Shown piece after piece: positions 51,045 through 61,710 of a stretch of DNA of 64,000 nucleotides. Numbering within the stretch: position 1 is the first letter of the stretch; each line of letters opens with the position of its first letter. A model generated the notes under the pieces. That model had not been told where the DNA came from, made no database searches, and was given only the letters and a program-made list of their open reading frames with translations. The stretch covers positions 85,556-149,555 of the forward strand of contig CAZEMO010000008.1 in assembly GCA_964513375.1 (NCBI GenBank), written 5' to 3'. The translations under genes and the position numbers were made by a program. The stretch comes from an uncultured Bacteriovoracaceae bacterium (GTDB lineage Bacteria; Desulfobacterota; Desulfomonilia; UBA1062).

Positions 51045-52361
51045 TTGTACCGGCGGCCCTTCCCGTCTATAAATCAGGCTATGGCTCACCAAACCATGCA
51101 ATCTGTTTACAGCCGTCTGGCTGACAGGCTCAACCGTTTCCCGCAGGGAGCGCCGCCAACAGAAACCCTTTATAAAATCCTGGAACTGCTTTTTTCAACA
51201 AAGGAGGCAGACTATGTATCGCGCCTTCCGATTAAACCTTTTACAGTAAAGACTGCAGCAACCGTCTGGAAAATGCCTGATGCAGAAGCGCACAAGATTC
51301 TCGATACCCTGGCTGGAAAGGCTATCCTGCTGGATATAGACAATAACGGTGAAAGCATTTATGTCCTGCCTCCGCCCATGGCTGGATTCTTCGAGTTCTC
51401 AATGATGCGTATAAGGCAGGATATTGACCAGAAACTTCTGGCCGAACTGTTCTACCGATATCTCAACGAGGAGGATGACTTTATTCTTGATCTCTTCGGT
51501 AAAGGAGAGACAAGGCTCGGCCGGGTCTTTGTCCAGGAACCCGCCCTGCCGCCCGAACACTGTCTTGAAGTTCTCGATTATGAAAAGGCGGGCGAGGTTA
51601 TCCGAACCTCACCTTTCATAGGTGTAGGAATATGCTACTGCCGCCACAAGATGCAGCATATGGGCCGCAACTGTGACGCCCCCCTTGATATATGCATGAC
51701 CTTTAACAACTCTGCGGCTTCCCTCATAAAACACGGGATCATTCGTCAGGTAAGCGCAGCTGAGTGTATGGATCTCCTTGATAAGGCTTATGAACTCAAT
51801 CTGGTCCAGTTCGGGGACAATGTGCGCCAGCATGTCAACTTTATATGCAACTGCTGCGGGTGCTGCTGCGAGGCCATGATCGCCGCCCGCAAGATCGGAT
51901 TTACAGCCCCCGTGCATACCACCAACTTCCTTCCGGCCATTGACGAAAAGACATGCAACGGCTGCGGCAAGTGCGTGAGCGCCTGTCCAATAGAAGCGCT
52001 GGGTCTAGTGGCAGCCAATGACCCTCATGATCACAGGAGACGCAAGGCTCACATTGACTATGATATCTGCCTGGGTTGCGGTGTATGCGTACGTAACTGC
52101 CCGAAAAATAGCATCAGACTCAAGCCGAGGACCAGGCGAGTTATCACGCCTCTTAATTCAACACACCGCGCAGTTGTTATGGCAATAGAGCGCGGAAAGC
52201 TGGCTGAGCTGATCTTCGACAACAAGGCACTGTGGAACCACCGGCTCATGGCGGCGATTCTGGGTGCTGTTCTCAAACTGGGTCCGATACATCGCACCAT
52301 GGCCAGTTCTCAGGTCAAATCCCGATACCTCGAAAAGCTAATCACACGTATGAAGCTGTAA
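51045..52361 (+). CDS. 4Fe-4S dicluster domain-containing protein with additional Cys-rich motif (CNCCGCCCE)
   Basis: Two ferredoxin-type motifs (CNGCGKCVSACP and CLGCGVCVRNCP) and a CxCCGCCC cluster. Length is 438 aa. Confidence 0.6.
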   Translation: MYRRPFPSINQAMAHQTMQSVYSRLADRLNRFPQGAPPTETLYKILELLFSTKEADYVSRLPIKPFTVKTAATVWKMPDAEAHKILDTLAGKAILLDIDNNGESIYVLPPPMAGFFEFSMMRIRQDIDQKLLAELFYRYLNEEDDFILDLFGKGETRLGRVFVQEPALPPEHCLEVLDYEKAGEVIRTSPFIGVGICYCRHKMQHMGRNCDAPLDICMTFNNSAASLIKHGIIRQVSAAECMDLLDKAYELNLVQFGDNVRQHVNFICNCCGCCCEAMIAARKIGFTAPVHTTNFLPAIDEKTCNGCGKCVSACPIEALGLVAANDPHDHRRRKAHIDYDICLGCGVCVRNCPKNSIRLKPRTRRVITPLNSTHRAVVMAIERGKLAELIFDNKALWNHRLMAAILGAVLKLGPIHRTMASSQVKSRYLEKLITRMKL

Positions 52362-52475
52362 TCCTGATACCGGCATCATAGAGAACGAAATAAACGACCT
52401 GACATAGCGTGAAAAAGTCAGGTCAGGGATAACGGCTATTCAATTATCAGGCCTCAAGATTCCCGGACTGTAAAT

Positions 52476-53432
52476 TTATGGGATAAGCCTGTCCTCACAC
52501 CAGTTTTCAAGTGTCCATTCTTCACTCGTTTTGCTCAAGGTTGCAGTTGTTTCGTCGAATGTGACGGTGATTTCGACAACACCATCCTCGTCGGCGTCTT
52601 CATCTTCACTGTTATCCGCATATATTGTAAGGGTTCCGTCAGTCCAGAAGTAATCGCTGTCGCGGGTAATGGATGAACCGTCGACCTCAAAACTGTTGCC
52701 ACCGATACTGAATATGCCTGAAATATCTGATACTTCATCCGAGGACTGATCAAAGTATAAATATGAGAATACGATCTCAAATGTTTCATCATCATCCGTG
52801 TTTGTCACGGTGACCGTGCCGTCAATGGTAAGGCCAGGATAATTTGAATCGGCATCATCCACCTCTACGCTGAACAATGAATATTTGGATTCATAACTAT
52901 CCGAATCATTGACTGTTGTAAGAGAATTCGTTTCGAGCGTTCCTCCAGTAACTACAAGCTCTCCAGTTTCGGCGTCAACAGTTACAATCAAATCAAGCAC
53001 CTTCAGGGTTCCTGAATATGTAATGCTGCCCGCATCAAATCCGCTGAATTTAAGCGTGGCATCGATACTCCAGGATGTTTGACTGGCCAGGGAAAAAGCC
53101 AGGACTCCATATGTGATCCCGTCAGGAAGCTCAATTTCACCCTCATTTTTAAGAGCGATCAGGTCCATATTTGACGGCAATTCACCAAATTCTATATAAT
53201 AATTATAAAGATACGCTTGAAGGCTTTCGTTTGAAATAACCGCTTCCAGGGCATTCATCAGATCGCCGTAGACGATATCATTCATGGGTTCATCCGGATT
53301 CGTGCAGGCATATGTCATAAAGAGTGCTGTGTCATAATCGCTTGACGATGAGGAATCCCCGCCGCATCCGGCAAGAAACATAACGATTACCGCTGCAAAT
53401 AAATAAATCAGCTTATTTTTGTGTATTTTCAT
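52476..53432 (-). CDS. hypothetical lipoprotein, Asp/Thr/Ser-rich
   Basis: Start MKIHKNK. Lipobox LAGCGG. The composition is low-complexity and acidic. Confidence 0.5.
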   Translation of the reverse strand: MKIHKNKLIYLFAAVIVMFLAGCGGDSSSSSDYDTALFMTYACTNPDEPMNDIVYGDLMNALEAVISNESLQAYLYNYYIEFGELPSNMDLIALKNEGEIELPDGITYGVLAFSLASQTSWSIDATLKFSGFDAGSITYSGTLKVLDLIVTVDAETGELVVTGGTLETNSLTTVNDSDSYESKYSLFSVEVDDADSNYPGLTIDGTVTVTNTDDDETFEIVFSYLYFDQSSDEVSDISGIFSIGGNSFEVDGSSITRDSDYFWTDGTLTIYADNSEDEDADEDGVVEITVTFDETTATLSKTSEEWTLENWCEDRLIP

Positions 53433-53779
53433 ATTCCCATCTGCCTTTAAATAATTATTTTTCATATCTCACTTAATTATTTCTTCTCATACATTTATTT
53501 CTTGTCATACATTTTGTCAAATCCCATTCTAAACAAAAGCTCCGTCTATCCTGTTAATCAGGCTAATGTATTATTTTTAAATGAGAATTTCCGTTTAGAA
53601 TTTTCCTGTTCTCCCTGTACATTTCCGGATAAAATACTTGGGGCGATAACTCGCAGGAATCATGTGGGGTCTTAGGTGAACTGCATAAGCGAGAATTGAC
53701 TGATCTGGAATAAAATGATAATTGGTTGGACCATTGACTCAATGGAACAATAACCACAATATTTCAAAGGGGGCTTCAG

Positions 53780-54487
53780 ATGTCATCCGTTGAAGTGGCG
53801 GCATATGTACTCACACGTTCCAGATTGAGCGAAGATATTTCTAGAATCCTACAGAAGCAGATCATGTCCGGAGAGATTGCCGCTGGCACTAAACTGCCCC
53901 CCGAGCGCGAACTTGCAGACTCATTCAGGGTAAACCGAACAACCATGCGCGAGGCACTGCGAAGACTCGAGGGAATGGAACTTCTCGAGATCCGCCATGG
54001 CGACGGCGTTTATGCAAAAAACTACCTTGAGAGCAGCAATTTCAATTTGATAAATGCCATCTTTGACATGGACGAGAGCAATGAATCAATTCTTTATGTA
54101 CTCGAGGTTCGTCGCATCGTCGCACCCGAAATGGCATACCTTGCAGCTAAAAGATGCACTGACATAGATCTTGAAGAACTCGAAAAGATCATTTTCAATG
54201 AAAATATGGACATGATTAAAAAGGAAATCAAGGTTCATCAGGGGATTGCTCGTGCCACCCGCAATCCGGTTTACACGATCATGCAGAATTTTTTCTATCA
54301 GATCACATGCAAATATTCCTGTCTGTATTTCGATCACGAAGAAGCTGTAGCGCGTGCAGGCAGGTTCTACAGCAGGATATTCAATGCCATAAAACGAAGG
54401 GATGCCCCTGCAGCCCGCCGTCTCATGCGTGATGCAATGATACACTCAGAAGAAAGACTTAAGAAATATCTGATAGAGAAACATTAG
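53780..54487 (+). CDS. GntR family transcriptional regulator (FadR/FCD subfamily)
   Basis: N-terminal wHTH (LPPERELADSFRVNRTTMREALRRLE) and a C-terminal FCD-like helical domain. Confidence 0.85.
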   Translation: MSSVEVAAYVLTRSRLSEDISRILQKQIMSGEIAAGTKLPPERELADSFRVNRTTMREALRRLEGMELLEIRHGDGVYAKNYLESSNFNLINAIFDMDESNESILYVLEVRRIVAPEMAYLAAKRCTDIDLEELEKIIFNENMDMIKKEIKVHQGIARATRNPVYTIMQNFFYQITCKYSCLYFDHEEAVARAGRFYSRIFNAIKRRDAPAARRLMRDAMIHSEERLKKYLIEKH

Positions 54488-54504
54488 ATTATGAAGGGGA
54501 AATT

Positions 54505-55341
54505 ATGGAAGCAGAAGCAAATTCAATGAGAGAGCTGAAAAACATAAAGCCTCCCAATGATCTCCTCAGTCATCATGACGGCAACATACGCGGGGTCATG
54601 TTCGACATCGACGACACCTTCACCCTCAACGGCCGCATTCCGGGAGAGGCCTTTTCTTCCCTATGGAGGCTCTTCGAGCGAGGGTTCACGCTCGTTCCCA
54701 TAACCGGGAGGCCGGCCGGATGGTGCGACCATATCGCACGGATGTGGCCAGTTCATGGTGTTATCGGCGAGAACGGCGCCTTCTACTATTATTACTCTGC
54801 CGAGGAACACAGGCTCTTCAGGCGTTATGTGATGGAACCGGATGATGTCATACAGAAGCGTCTGCTGATGGAGAATATCAGCCGTGAAGCACTCAGCAAG
54901 GTTCCGGGAGCTGCGATTGCAGCCGATCAGCCCTTCAGGCTGTTCGACCTGGCTATCGATTTCGCCGAAGACGTTCGGCACCTCTCTGATGAGGAAATAA
55001 GGAAAATATGCACGGTTTTTTCTGAGCATGGCGCTGTATGCAAGGTGAGTTCCATACATGTGAACGGCTGGTTCGGCGGATACAACAAGCTAACCACCAC
55101 GAAGCTGTTCCTCGAAGAGCGCCTGAAGATTCCCTGGGAACAGGCCAGAGAAGCGTTCGTCTTCATAGGCGACTCTCCGAACGATGAGCCCATGTTTGAG
55201 GCCTTCCCACACTCGGTGGGAGTCGCAAATGTCAGGAGGTTCCTGCCGGACATGCGCCATAAACCAGCATACATAACATCAAGGGAGGGCGGCCTCGGCT
55301 TTTCGGAAATGGCGGAAATACTTCTCGGAAGCAACCCCTAA
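54505..55341 (+). CDS. HAD-superfamily hydrolase (Cof/HAD-IIB-like phosphatase)
   Basis: DIDDTF is HAD motif I. PITGRP and GDSPND are the downstream motifs. Confidence 0.7.
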   Translation: MEAEANSMRELKNIKPPNDLLSHHDGNIRGVMFDIDDTFTLNGRIPGEAFSSLWRLFERGFTLVPITGRPAGWCDHIARMWPVHGVIGENGAFYYYYSAEEHRLFRRYVMEPDDVIQKRLLMENISREALSKVPGAAIAADQPFRLFDLAIDFAEDVRHLSDEEIRKICTVFSEHGAVCKVSSIHVNGWFGGYNKLTTTKLFLEERLKIPWEQAREAFVFIGDSPNDEPMFEAFPHSVGVANVRRFLPDMRHKPAYITSREGGLGFSEMAEILLGSNP

Positions 55342-55384
55342 TATTAACTGATAATAATATAAATAACAAAACAGGAGATATTCA

Positions 55385-56758
55385 ATGAGCGAGAAACCCA
55401 AGGTATCCATAGTGAAAAAGGACATGCCCGTAAGCTCCACAGACATCGACGCCATGGTGAGCAAGGCGGTCGAACTTATCGGCGGACTAAAAGGCAAATT
55501 CAAAAAGGGCGGCCATGTCGTAATCAAGCCGAATCTCTTTGCACCTTATCCTCCCCCAATATCTGTGGATCGCCGGGTCATCGCATCGGCCGTAAAACTG
55601 GCCCGGGAGGCCGGAGCCGGCAGGGTAACGGTTATCGAGGGCGTAAGCATGGGGACGCTGATGAAGCGCGTCAATCCATCTCATTCAGGCGTATGCATGC
55701 GGCGCGGGTACACCACGCTCGAGGTGATGCAGATGCTTGGCGTGAAAAAGGCTGTAGAGGATGCGGGCGGCGAAGTCCTTGGAGTCGAAGATGCTGAGAA
55801 GGTCGCAGTTGAAATAAAAGGAGGCATGGCGCTTCACAACGTTATGTATCCTAAGATCATCATGGAGGCCGACTATTTCATCAACATGCCGGCGCTGAAG
55901 ACGCACACCATGACAATGGTGACGTTGTCTATAAAGAACCTTCAGGGGCTGCTGGATGAAAAGAGCCGGTATTACTCACACCGCGACGACCTTGACCAGC
56001 ACATGGTCGATGTCAATAAAATCCGCCTGCCGGACCTGATTATACTGGACGGGCTTATCGGTATGGAGGGAATGGGTGCGGGCGAAGGCGGGACACCGGT
56101 TGATATGGGTATAATAATGGCTGGGCACGACCCGGTTGCAGTGGACTCCATCGCCTCCATGTGCATGGGGATAGATAATCCGTTTGTCGTCGGCACCACT
56201 CGCATCGGTCAGCGAGACGGCCTCGGGTGCGCGAATCCTTTTCTTATCGAAGTCAAAGGAGAGAACGTGGAGAGCGTAAAGAAAAAATTCGTCCTCCCCA
56301 TCAATTTCACGCAGCCGCTTGAAAGTCTTGTGACCGGGCTTTACCCAAACATAGACCTTTATATTGGAGGCGCATGTTCCTCGTGCTGGCTCATGACCAT
56401 GATGGTGGAAAGCCTGCTTGCAAAGGTGCCCGGAAAGTTTTCCCTGATAGTGGGCGTAGACCCTAAGGTGCCAATGAAGCTCGCGACGGACCTCGAGCAC
56501 ACTTTTTTCCTCGGGGAGTGCGCCCTTGCGACAACCGGGGACCTTAGAGACATGCGCAACGAGATGCAGCTCAAGGGTCTCGATATGTTCCTTGGCGGCT
56601 GCCCGCCCTATGAGCAGGCGCTTGTGAAGCTTGAGGACATGCTGGTGCGCCAGGGGCATCTGAGCGAAAAGGATATGATTGCCAAAGCGCATGAACACAG
56701 GAAGCATTTCTTTGACTATTATATGGAGCGAGACTCATCGTGGAAGCCTGAGATTTAA
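55385..56758 (+). CDS. DUF362 domain protein with C-terminal Cys-rich extension
   Basis: GHVVIKPNL is the typical DUF362 N-terminal motif. Length is 457 aa. Confidence 0.65.
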   Translation: MSEKPKVSIVKKDMPVSSTDIDAMVSKAVELIGGLKGKFKKGGHVVIKPNLFAPYPPPISVDRRVIASAVKLAREAGAGRVTVIEGVSMGTLMKRVNPSHSGVCMRRGYTTLEVMQMLGVKKAVEDAGGEVLGVEDAEKVAVEIKGGMALHNVMYPKIIMEADYFINMPALKTHTMTMVTLSIKNLQGLLDEKSRYYSHRDDLDQHMVDVNKIRLPDLIILDGLIGMEGMGAGEGGTPVDMGIIMAGHDPVAVDSIASMCMGIDNPFVVGTTRIGQRDGLGCANPFLIEVKGENVESVKKKFVLPINFTQPLESLVTGLYPNIDLYIGGACSSCWLMTMMVESLLAKVPGKFSLIVGVDPKVPMKLATDLEHTFFLGECALATTGDLRDMRNEMQLKGLDMFLGGCPPYEQALVKLEDMLVRQGHLSEKDMIAKAHEHRKHFFDYYMERDSSWKPEI

Positions 56759-56796
56759 AAACCCTTACCGCGAATAGGGCAAAGAAGGAGCATTAA

Positions 56797-58356
56797 ATGG
56801 CTGAAAGAAAATATGTGATCGCAATCGATTCAGGAACTCAGAGTGTCCGCGCCATCATCTTCGATTGCGAAGGAAGGGAGATCGCTGTCTCTCAGGTGCA
56901 GCACGAACCATATTTCTCGCTGAACCCGGGCTGGGCGGAACAGAACACCGATGATTACTGGTCATGTTTCTGCAGAGTCACAAAGGCTGCGATGGAAAAA
57001 TCAGGGGTGAACCCGAATCTTATCGCAGGCCTGGGCATAACCACCCAGAGGACAACCTGCATACCAGTGGACCGTGACGGCAAGGCCCTGCGCCCGGCAA
57101 TAATATGGCTCGATCAGCGAAAGGTGGAAAATCCGCCGGCACTTTCCCTGGCTGCAAAAGCGATTTTCGGCGCAGCCGGGCTATACGAGGCCATCAAGTA
57201 TGTGCGTAAAAATTCCAAGTTCCTGTGGATAAAGCACAACGAGCCGGAAATTTATAAAAAGACATACAAGTTCATGCCGGTATCAGGCTGGCTTGTCAAA
57301 AGGCTTACCGGTGAGTTCAAGGATTCTGTGGGGATGGTCACCGGTCTCTGGCCGCTGGATTTCAAAAATCTCGCATGGCACACCATGGGTGTTGCATACG
57401 AGGCCTTTGGCCTTGAGCGTGAACACATGGTGGACATATACCCGCCGGATACCATTCTGGGACATGTCAGCAGAACGGCCTCGGCAGAGACCGGCCTTCC
57501 TGAAGGGCTTCCTATCGTTGTGGGCGCAGGCGACAAGCAGTCCGAACTCTTAGGCGCAGGCGGCATCGACCCTGGCATAGGGGTCATGAGCTTCGGGACT
57601 GCAACATGTATGGACGTCATCACAAGAAAGTTCGTTTCGGACAAAAGCTTGAAGTTCTTTACCTGGCCGGGCGCTGTACCCCGGACGTGGAACATAGAGA
57701 TGTTTATCTATCGCGGCTTCTGGATGGTCACGTGGTTCAAGCAGGAGTTCGGCTACCGCGAGTCACTTGATGCCGTAAAACGAGGCATAGCACCCGAGGC
57801 GATCTTCGACGAGGTGATTCGGACCATTCCGGCCGGCTCCATGGGACTGATGCTGCAGCCGCACTGGACTCCCATGACAAGTTCCAAGTACAACAAGGGT
57901 TCCATCATCGGCTTTGGCGACGTTCACACACGTGCCCATATCTACCGTGCCATACTCGAGGGGATAGGCTACGAACTCAGACGGCTTTACGAGATAGTCA
58001 ACAAGAAAACCGGGATCACGCTTAACGAAATACGTGTAGGAGGCGGCGGGTCACGCAGCGATACAGCCGTGCAGATAGCCGCCGACAACTTCAACCTGCC
58101 GGTCTCGCGTCTTGCCACCTCTGAGATATGCACTCTGGGCGCAGCCATCAACGCAGCAGTCGGATGCGGGATGTTCAAGACGTTCGAGGATGCTGTGGCC
58201 TCGATGGTTAAAAAGGGCCGGACTTTCGAACCCATCGCCGCGAATCACCGCATTTACGACGATCTCTACCGGGAGGTGTACCTGAAAACATATTCAAGAC
58301 TCGAGCCGCTCTATCAGAAGATTGCAGAGATTACAGGATATCCGCCGGTAGAGTAG
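56797..58356 (+). CDS. FGGY-family carbohydrate kinase
   Basis: YVIAIDSGTQSVRAIIFD is the FGGY N-terminal motif. Length is 519 aa. Confidence 0.85.
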   Translation: MAERKYVIAIDSGTQSVRAIIFDCEGREIAVSQVQHEPYFSLNPGWAEQNTDDYWSCFCRVTKAAMEKSGVNPNLIAGLGITTQRTTCIPVDRDGKALRPAIIWLDQRKVENPPALSLAAKAIFGAAGLYEAIKYVRKNSKFLWIKHNEPEIYKKTYKFMPVSGWLVKRLTGEFKDSVGMVTGLWPLDFKNLAWHTMGVAYEAFGLEREHMVDIYPPDTILGHVSRTASAETGLPEGLPIVVGAGDKQSELLGAGGIDPGIGVMSFGTATCMDVITRKFVSDKSLKFFTWPGAVPRTWNIEMFIYRGFWMVTWFKQEFGYRESLDAVKRGIAPEAIFDEVIRTIPAGSMGLMLQPHWTPMTSSKYNKGSIIGFGDVHTRAHIYRAILEGIGYELRRLYEIVNKKTGITLNEIRVGGGGSRSDTAVQIAADNFNLPVSRLATSEICTLGAAINAAVGCGMFKTFEDAVASMVKKGRTFEPIAANHRIYDDLYREVYLKTYSRLEPLYQKIAEITGYPPVE

Positions 58357-58464
58357 TTGCAGACGGGATTACGGTAGTTTCAACCTTCAGGGACATTATG
58401 CCTCAGTCTATGGCTACACTTCTATGAGTTCCGGGATTTCTCAAGGTATCCCATCCCATGCAGG

Positions 58465-59259
58465 CTAAAACTGATAGTCGTACGAGAGAGCGATGGTCCA
58501 GTCCATGCTCCGGCTCGAAAGGCCTTTTAAGACCGAAATCCCGACTGAATTCTGCGGATTAAGGTTTCTTGTATAACTCACTCCCGCAAGAACTCTCGCT
58601 GTGCCGTCTTCAAACTGATCCGGCGTGTATCCCGAGAACTGGACGCTTATCTCGTTTGACTCATCGGGACAGTAATCGAGTTCGGCCTGGAATGAATAGT
58701 TGAAATAATAATCATCTTCTTCTGAATCGGCAAGATATGTCGACCCCAGTGTAAGCGAGGCCGTGAAATTACCGAATCCCCTGCTTGCCTCAAGCCACAG
58801 GGTCGGCTCGGCCACCGCTTCGGCAAATGCGGCTGATCCTGTAGGCAGCTCAAGATAGCCGATAAGCGCCAGATTTACATATTTATCAAAAAAGTCCCAT
58901 CTGAGGCCTAAAGATATATCCGAGATTCCCAGGTCCGGATCCTGATAAGTGACGGTATCGCTTGCGAACTGGATTTCAATTTTATCTGTAATATCCGCAC
59001 TGACATAGACGCCCAGGGCATAATAATCCGCTCCATCCCTCTCTATCTCCACGTAGGGTGCAAGCTCTATCAGATATTTAAAGTTTTGATCATCTCTTCT
59101 GACATCGGGTAAAAGCTGTGTTATCGGCGGCTTGAAGGATTGTTCCACTGCAAATGCATCGTGGCAAAATAGAACAGACAGAATAAGCAATGCCATGAGC
59201 CGTAATGAAGAATATGGTTGCCTGCTTTGGTTATTTAGAAATTCAATCGTTCTTTTCAA
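58465..59259 (-). CDS. putative outer-membrane beta-barrel protein
   Basis: Signal peptide. Alternating-hydrophobic beta-strand pattern with a C-terminal ...YDYQF. The start is uncertain (TTG at 59259, or ATG at 59196). Confidence 0.45.
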   Translation of the reverse strand: MKRTIEFLNNQSRQPYSSLRLMALLILSVLFCHDAFAVEQSFKPPITQLLPDVRRDDQNFKYLIELAPYVEIERDGADYYALGVYVSADITDKIEIQFASDTVTYQDPDLGISDISLGLRWDFFDKYVNLALIGYLELPTGSAAFAEAVAEPTLWLEASRGFGNFTASLTLGSTYLADSEEDDYYFNYSFQAELDYCPDESNEISVQFSGYTPDQFEDGTARVLAGVSYTRNLNPQNSVGISVLKGLSSRSMDWTIALSYDYQF

Positions 59260-59356
59260 TCAGTACCAGCCTCAGATAATATGGTATAAATAGCCTTTTG
59301 CCCTTCATCGCATTCATCTTATCAGCAAAATATGTTAAATGATGCCATGATTATAA

Positions 59357-60373
59357 ATGAAAAAAAGGGCTTTGAGGAGGACAGTCTTGAAAAAAACAGT
59401 AATATTGCTGTCTGTCATTTCAATCCTGCTGACAGCTTCATCTGCATGGGCGGATGTCACCATAGATAGATGGACCAGATCGAATTTCGCCATAGGTTTT
59501 GAATCAACCTCAACCACAAAGATTCAGGGGTTGAAAGAGTACAGCCGCAATAATGTCAAATTTGACAGCAAGCTGATCGGCTATTTTGCAAATGATGCCC
59601 CGATTGTTATCATAACAAGGGTTGACAAAGGCCTGATCTGGAATCTGAACGATAGAAAAAAGACATATATCGAGGCCCCTCTTAGCTCCTTTGATTTTGA
59701 TAAGATGATAAAAAATAAACAGGCAAAGAACAGGGATGAAAAGGCCCCGGATAAAACCAGATACAGGCTCATAAATATTGAATTCAAGGTAAAAATGACC
59801 GGCGCAAAAGAAATCATCAATGGCTTTGACTGCGATGAATACGATGCTACCCTAACTGCAGTGATCGAAGATACGGAAACTGGAGGAAGGCTTACGGAAA
59901 TAATTGAAACGATCCTCTTCACAACACCTGAAACCGGAATGATTATTGAGGTGCAAAATGAAGAGGCCGCATATTATGACGCCCTCTTTAAAAAACTGGG
60001 TCTGGATGGAAAATCAGGAATGATCTTAAGAATACTGAACATGGACAAGGTAAATTCTCCGTTTAAGCTTACAGAGGGCGTCCTGAAAAAATATGCCTCG
60101 GAATTCTCCAGGATCGAAGGTTATCCGATCAGGACTGTCGTTAAATCCCGGACGATAGAGGATGAAAAACAAAAGACCGCCCGTCTGAAAAGTGAGCAGC
60201 AGGAAAACAAGGGCCAGACAAAACAAAAGCAGAAATATGACAGCAGACAAAAAGAGGCCGACAGGGACAAACCAGTGGTATGGTTTACAAGCGAAGTCAG
60301 AAAGATAAGCCTTGACCCCGTCAAGGCGAGCACTTTTGAAATCCCTGCAAAATACAAGAAGATTCAGGATTGA
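59357..60373 (+). CDS. secreted hypothetical protein with Lys/Gln-rich C-terminal tail
   Basis: Signal peptide ending AWA. I recognised no family. Confidence 0.5.
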   Translation: MKKRALRRTVLKKTVILLSVISILLTASSAWADVTIDRWTRSNFAIGFESTSTTKIQGLKEYSRNNVKFDSKLIGYFANDAPIVIITRVDKGLIWNLNDRKKTYIEAPLSSFDFDKMIKNKQAKNRDEKAPDKTRYRLINIEFKVKMTGAKEIINGFDCDEYDATLTAVIEDTETGGRLTEIIETILFTTPETGMIIEVQNEEAAYYDALFKKLGLDGKSGMILRILNMDKVNSPFKLTEGVLKKYASEFSRIEGYPIRTVVKSRTIEDEKQKTARLKSEQQENKGQTKQKQKYDSRQKEADRDKPVVWFTSEVRKISLDPVKASTFEIPAKYKKIQD

Positions 60374-60456
60374 GATTGATTTTCAAGTTTTAAACAAAAG
60401 TCGGAATTTAAGCCCACTCTTAAAAAGTAGTGATCCGGCAAATAGCGGGCCTATTT

Positions 60457-60488
60457 GATAAAATGCAGAAATCTTGACTTATTCTGCA
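60457..60488 (-). terminator. candidate intrinsic terminator downstream of aminotransferase gene
   Basis: TGCAGAA-(11 nt)-TTCTGCA forms a 7-bp stem, followed on the minus strand by UUUUAUC. Confidence 0.35.
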
Positions 60489-60511
60489 CTATTCCTTTCT
60501 ATTGATACCCC

Positions 60512-61675
60512 TCAGCCAAGAGCCTTCTTAATTCTTTCAAGCCCTTCTATGATGTTTTTATCAGAGGTGGCGAAAGAAAGCCTGAAATGCTCGTCGCTGC
60601 CGAACTCGATCCCCGGAATTATTGCAACAAGCGCCTTATCAAGAAGGAAATTAGCAAAATCGGTCGAACCTGAGAACCTGCCTAGAAGACCCTTCATTGA
60701 AGGGAAGCAGTAAAACGCGCCTTCAGGCGGAATGATTTCGAGCCCTGGTATTTCCCTTATTTTGGAAACCATCAGATCACGGCGCTTCTCGAATATCTTC
60801 GTACGTTCGGCCACTATGCTCTGATCACCTGTCAATGACTGGTAGGCACCATACTGGGCAAATGAAGTCGCATTTGATGTGCTCTGACTCTGAAGCCTAC
60901 CCATTGCTGCAATCACATCCTTGTCGCCCACGCAGTAGCCGATTCTCCATCCGGTCATGGAAAATGTCTTTGATGCGCCTATTACTATGAATGATCTGGC
61001 GGCAACTTCAGGCCCGAGTGAAGCTATGCTCGTGAAGGTGTTCCCGGAAAAAACGAGCTTCTGATAGATGTCATCAGCCACTATTGCTATATCGTGTTTG
61101 ATGCAAAGCTCTGCAATTTTCTCAAGCTCCTTCTTTTCGATTATCATTCCTGTCGGGTTTGATGGAGAGTTGATTATTATACCCCGGGTTTTCGGGGTAA
61201 TGGCCTGCTTCACCTGCTCGGCCTGAAGCTTGAGCCCTGAATCCTTTGTATCGACAAAGACGGGTTTGGCGCCTGCAATCTCAATCATGGCCGAATAAGA
61301 TACCCAGTAGGGTGATGGGCATATAACCTCATCACCGGCATCGAATATTGTTACAAAGAGATTATACAGGCTGTGCTTCGCGCCGCATGATACTAATACA
61401 TTTGCTGGTGTCGCTGTTGTCCCGTATTCCTTGTTTACAATATCGGATACCGCTTTTCGAAGTTCAGGAATGCCTGCAACAGGTGTATATTTTGTCTTGC
61501 CGTCTTTTATCGCCTTGATTGCAGCCTCTTTTATATCATCCGGCGTATCGAAATCAGGCTCTCCTGCACCGAAGCCTATTATATCCTTTCCTTCTGCCTT
61601 CAGCGCATTTACCTTGGCCGTGATAGCTAAAGTCGCCGATTCCTCAATTCCTGATACAAGTTTAGAAATCTTCAT
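60512..61675 (-). CDS. pyridoxal-phosphate-dependent aminotransferase class I (aspartate aminotransferase-like)
   Basis: GEPDFDTP motif and a SKTFSMTGWRIGY region containing the PLP lysine. Confidence 0.85.
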   Translation of the reverse strand: MKISKLVSGIEESATLAITAKVNALKAEGKDIIGFGAGEPDFDTPDDIKEAAIKAIKDGKTKYTPVAGIPELRKAVSDIVNKEYGTTATPANVLVSCGAKHSLYNLFVTIFDAGDEVICPSPYWVSYSAMIEIAGAKPVFVDTKDSGLKLQAEQVKQAITPKTRGIIINSPSNPTGMIIEKKELEKIAELCIKHDIAIVADDIYQKLVFSGNTFTSIASLGPEVAARSFIVIGASKTFSMTGWRIGYCVGDKDVIAAMGRLQSQSTSNATSFAQYGAYQSLTGDQSIVAERTKIFEKRRDLMVSKIREIPGLEIIPPEGAFYCFPSMKGLLGRFSGSTDFANFLLDKALVAIIPGIEFGSDEHFRLSFATSDKNIIEGLERIKKALG

Positions 61676-61710
61676 ATTTTCTCCTCCAAGTTTAACGGAT
61701 TTTATGAAAT

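Noticed and set aside
51045-52361. HgcB-like mercury-methylation ferredoxin, considered because of the MerB neighbour theme
   Set aside because: HgcB is about 95 aa and pairs with the corrinoid protein HgcA. This protein is 438 aa with a different Cys arrangement, and no HgcA is nearby.
55972-56707. 243-aa minus-strand ORF opposite the DUF362 gene
   Set aside because: It sits fully inside the DUF362 coding region on the opposite strand. It shows no motifs and has the His/Arg-rich composition typical of antisense frames.
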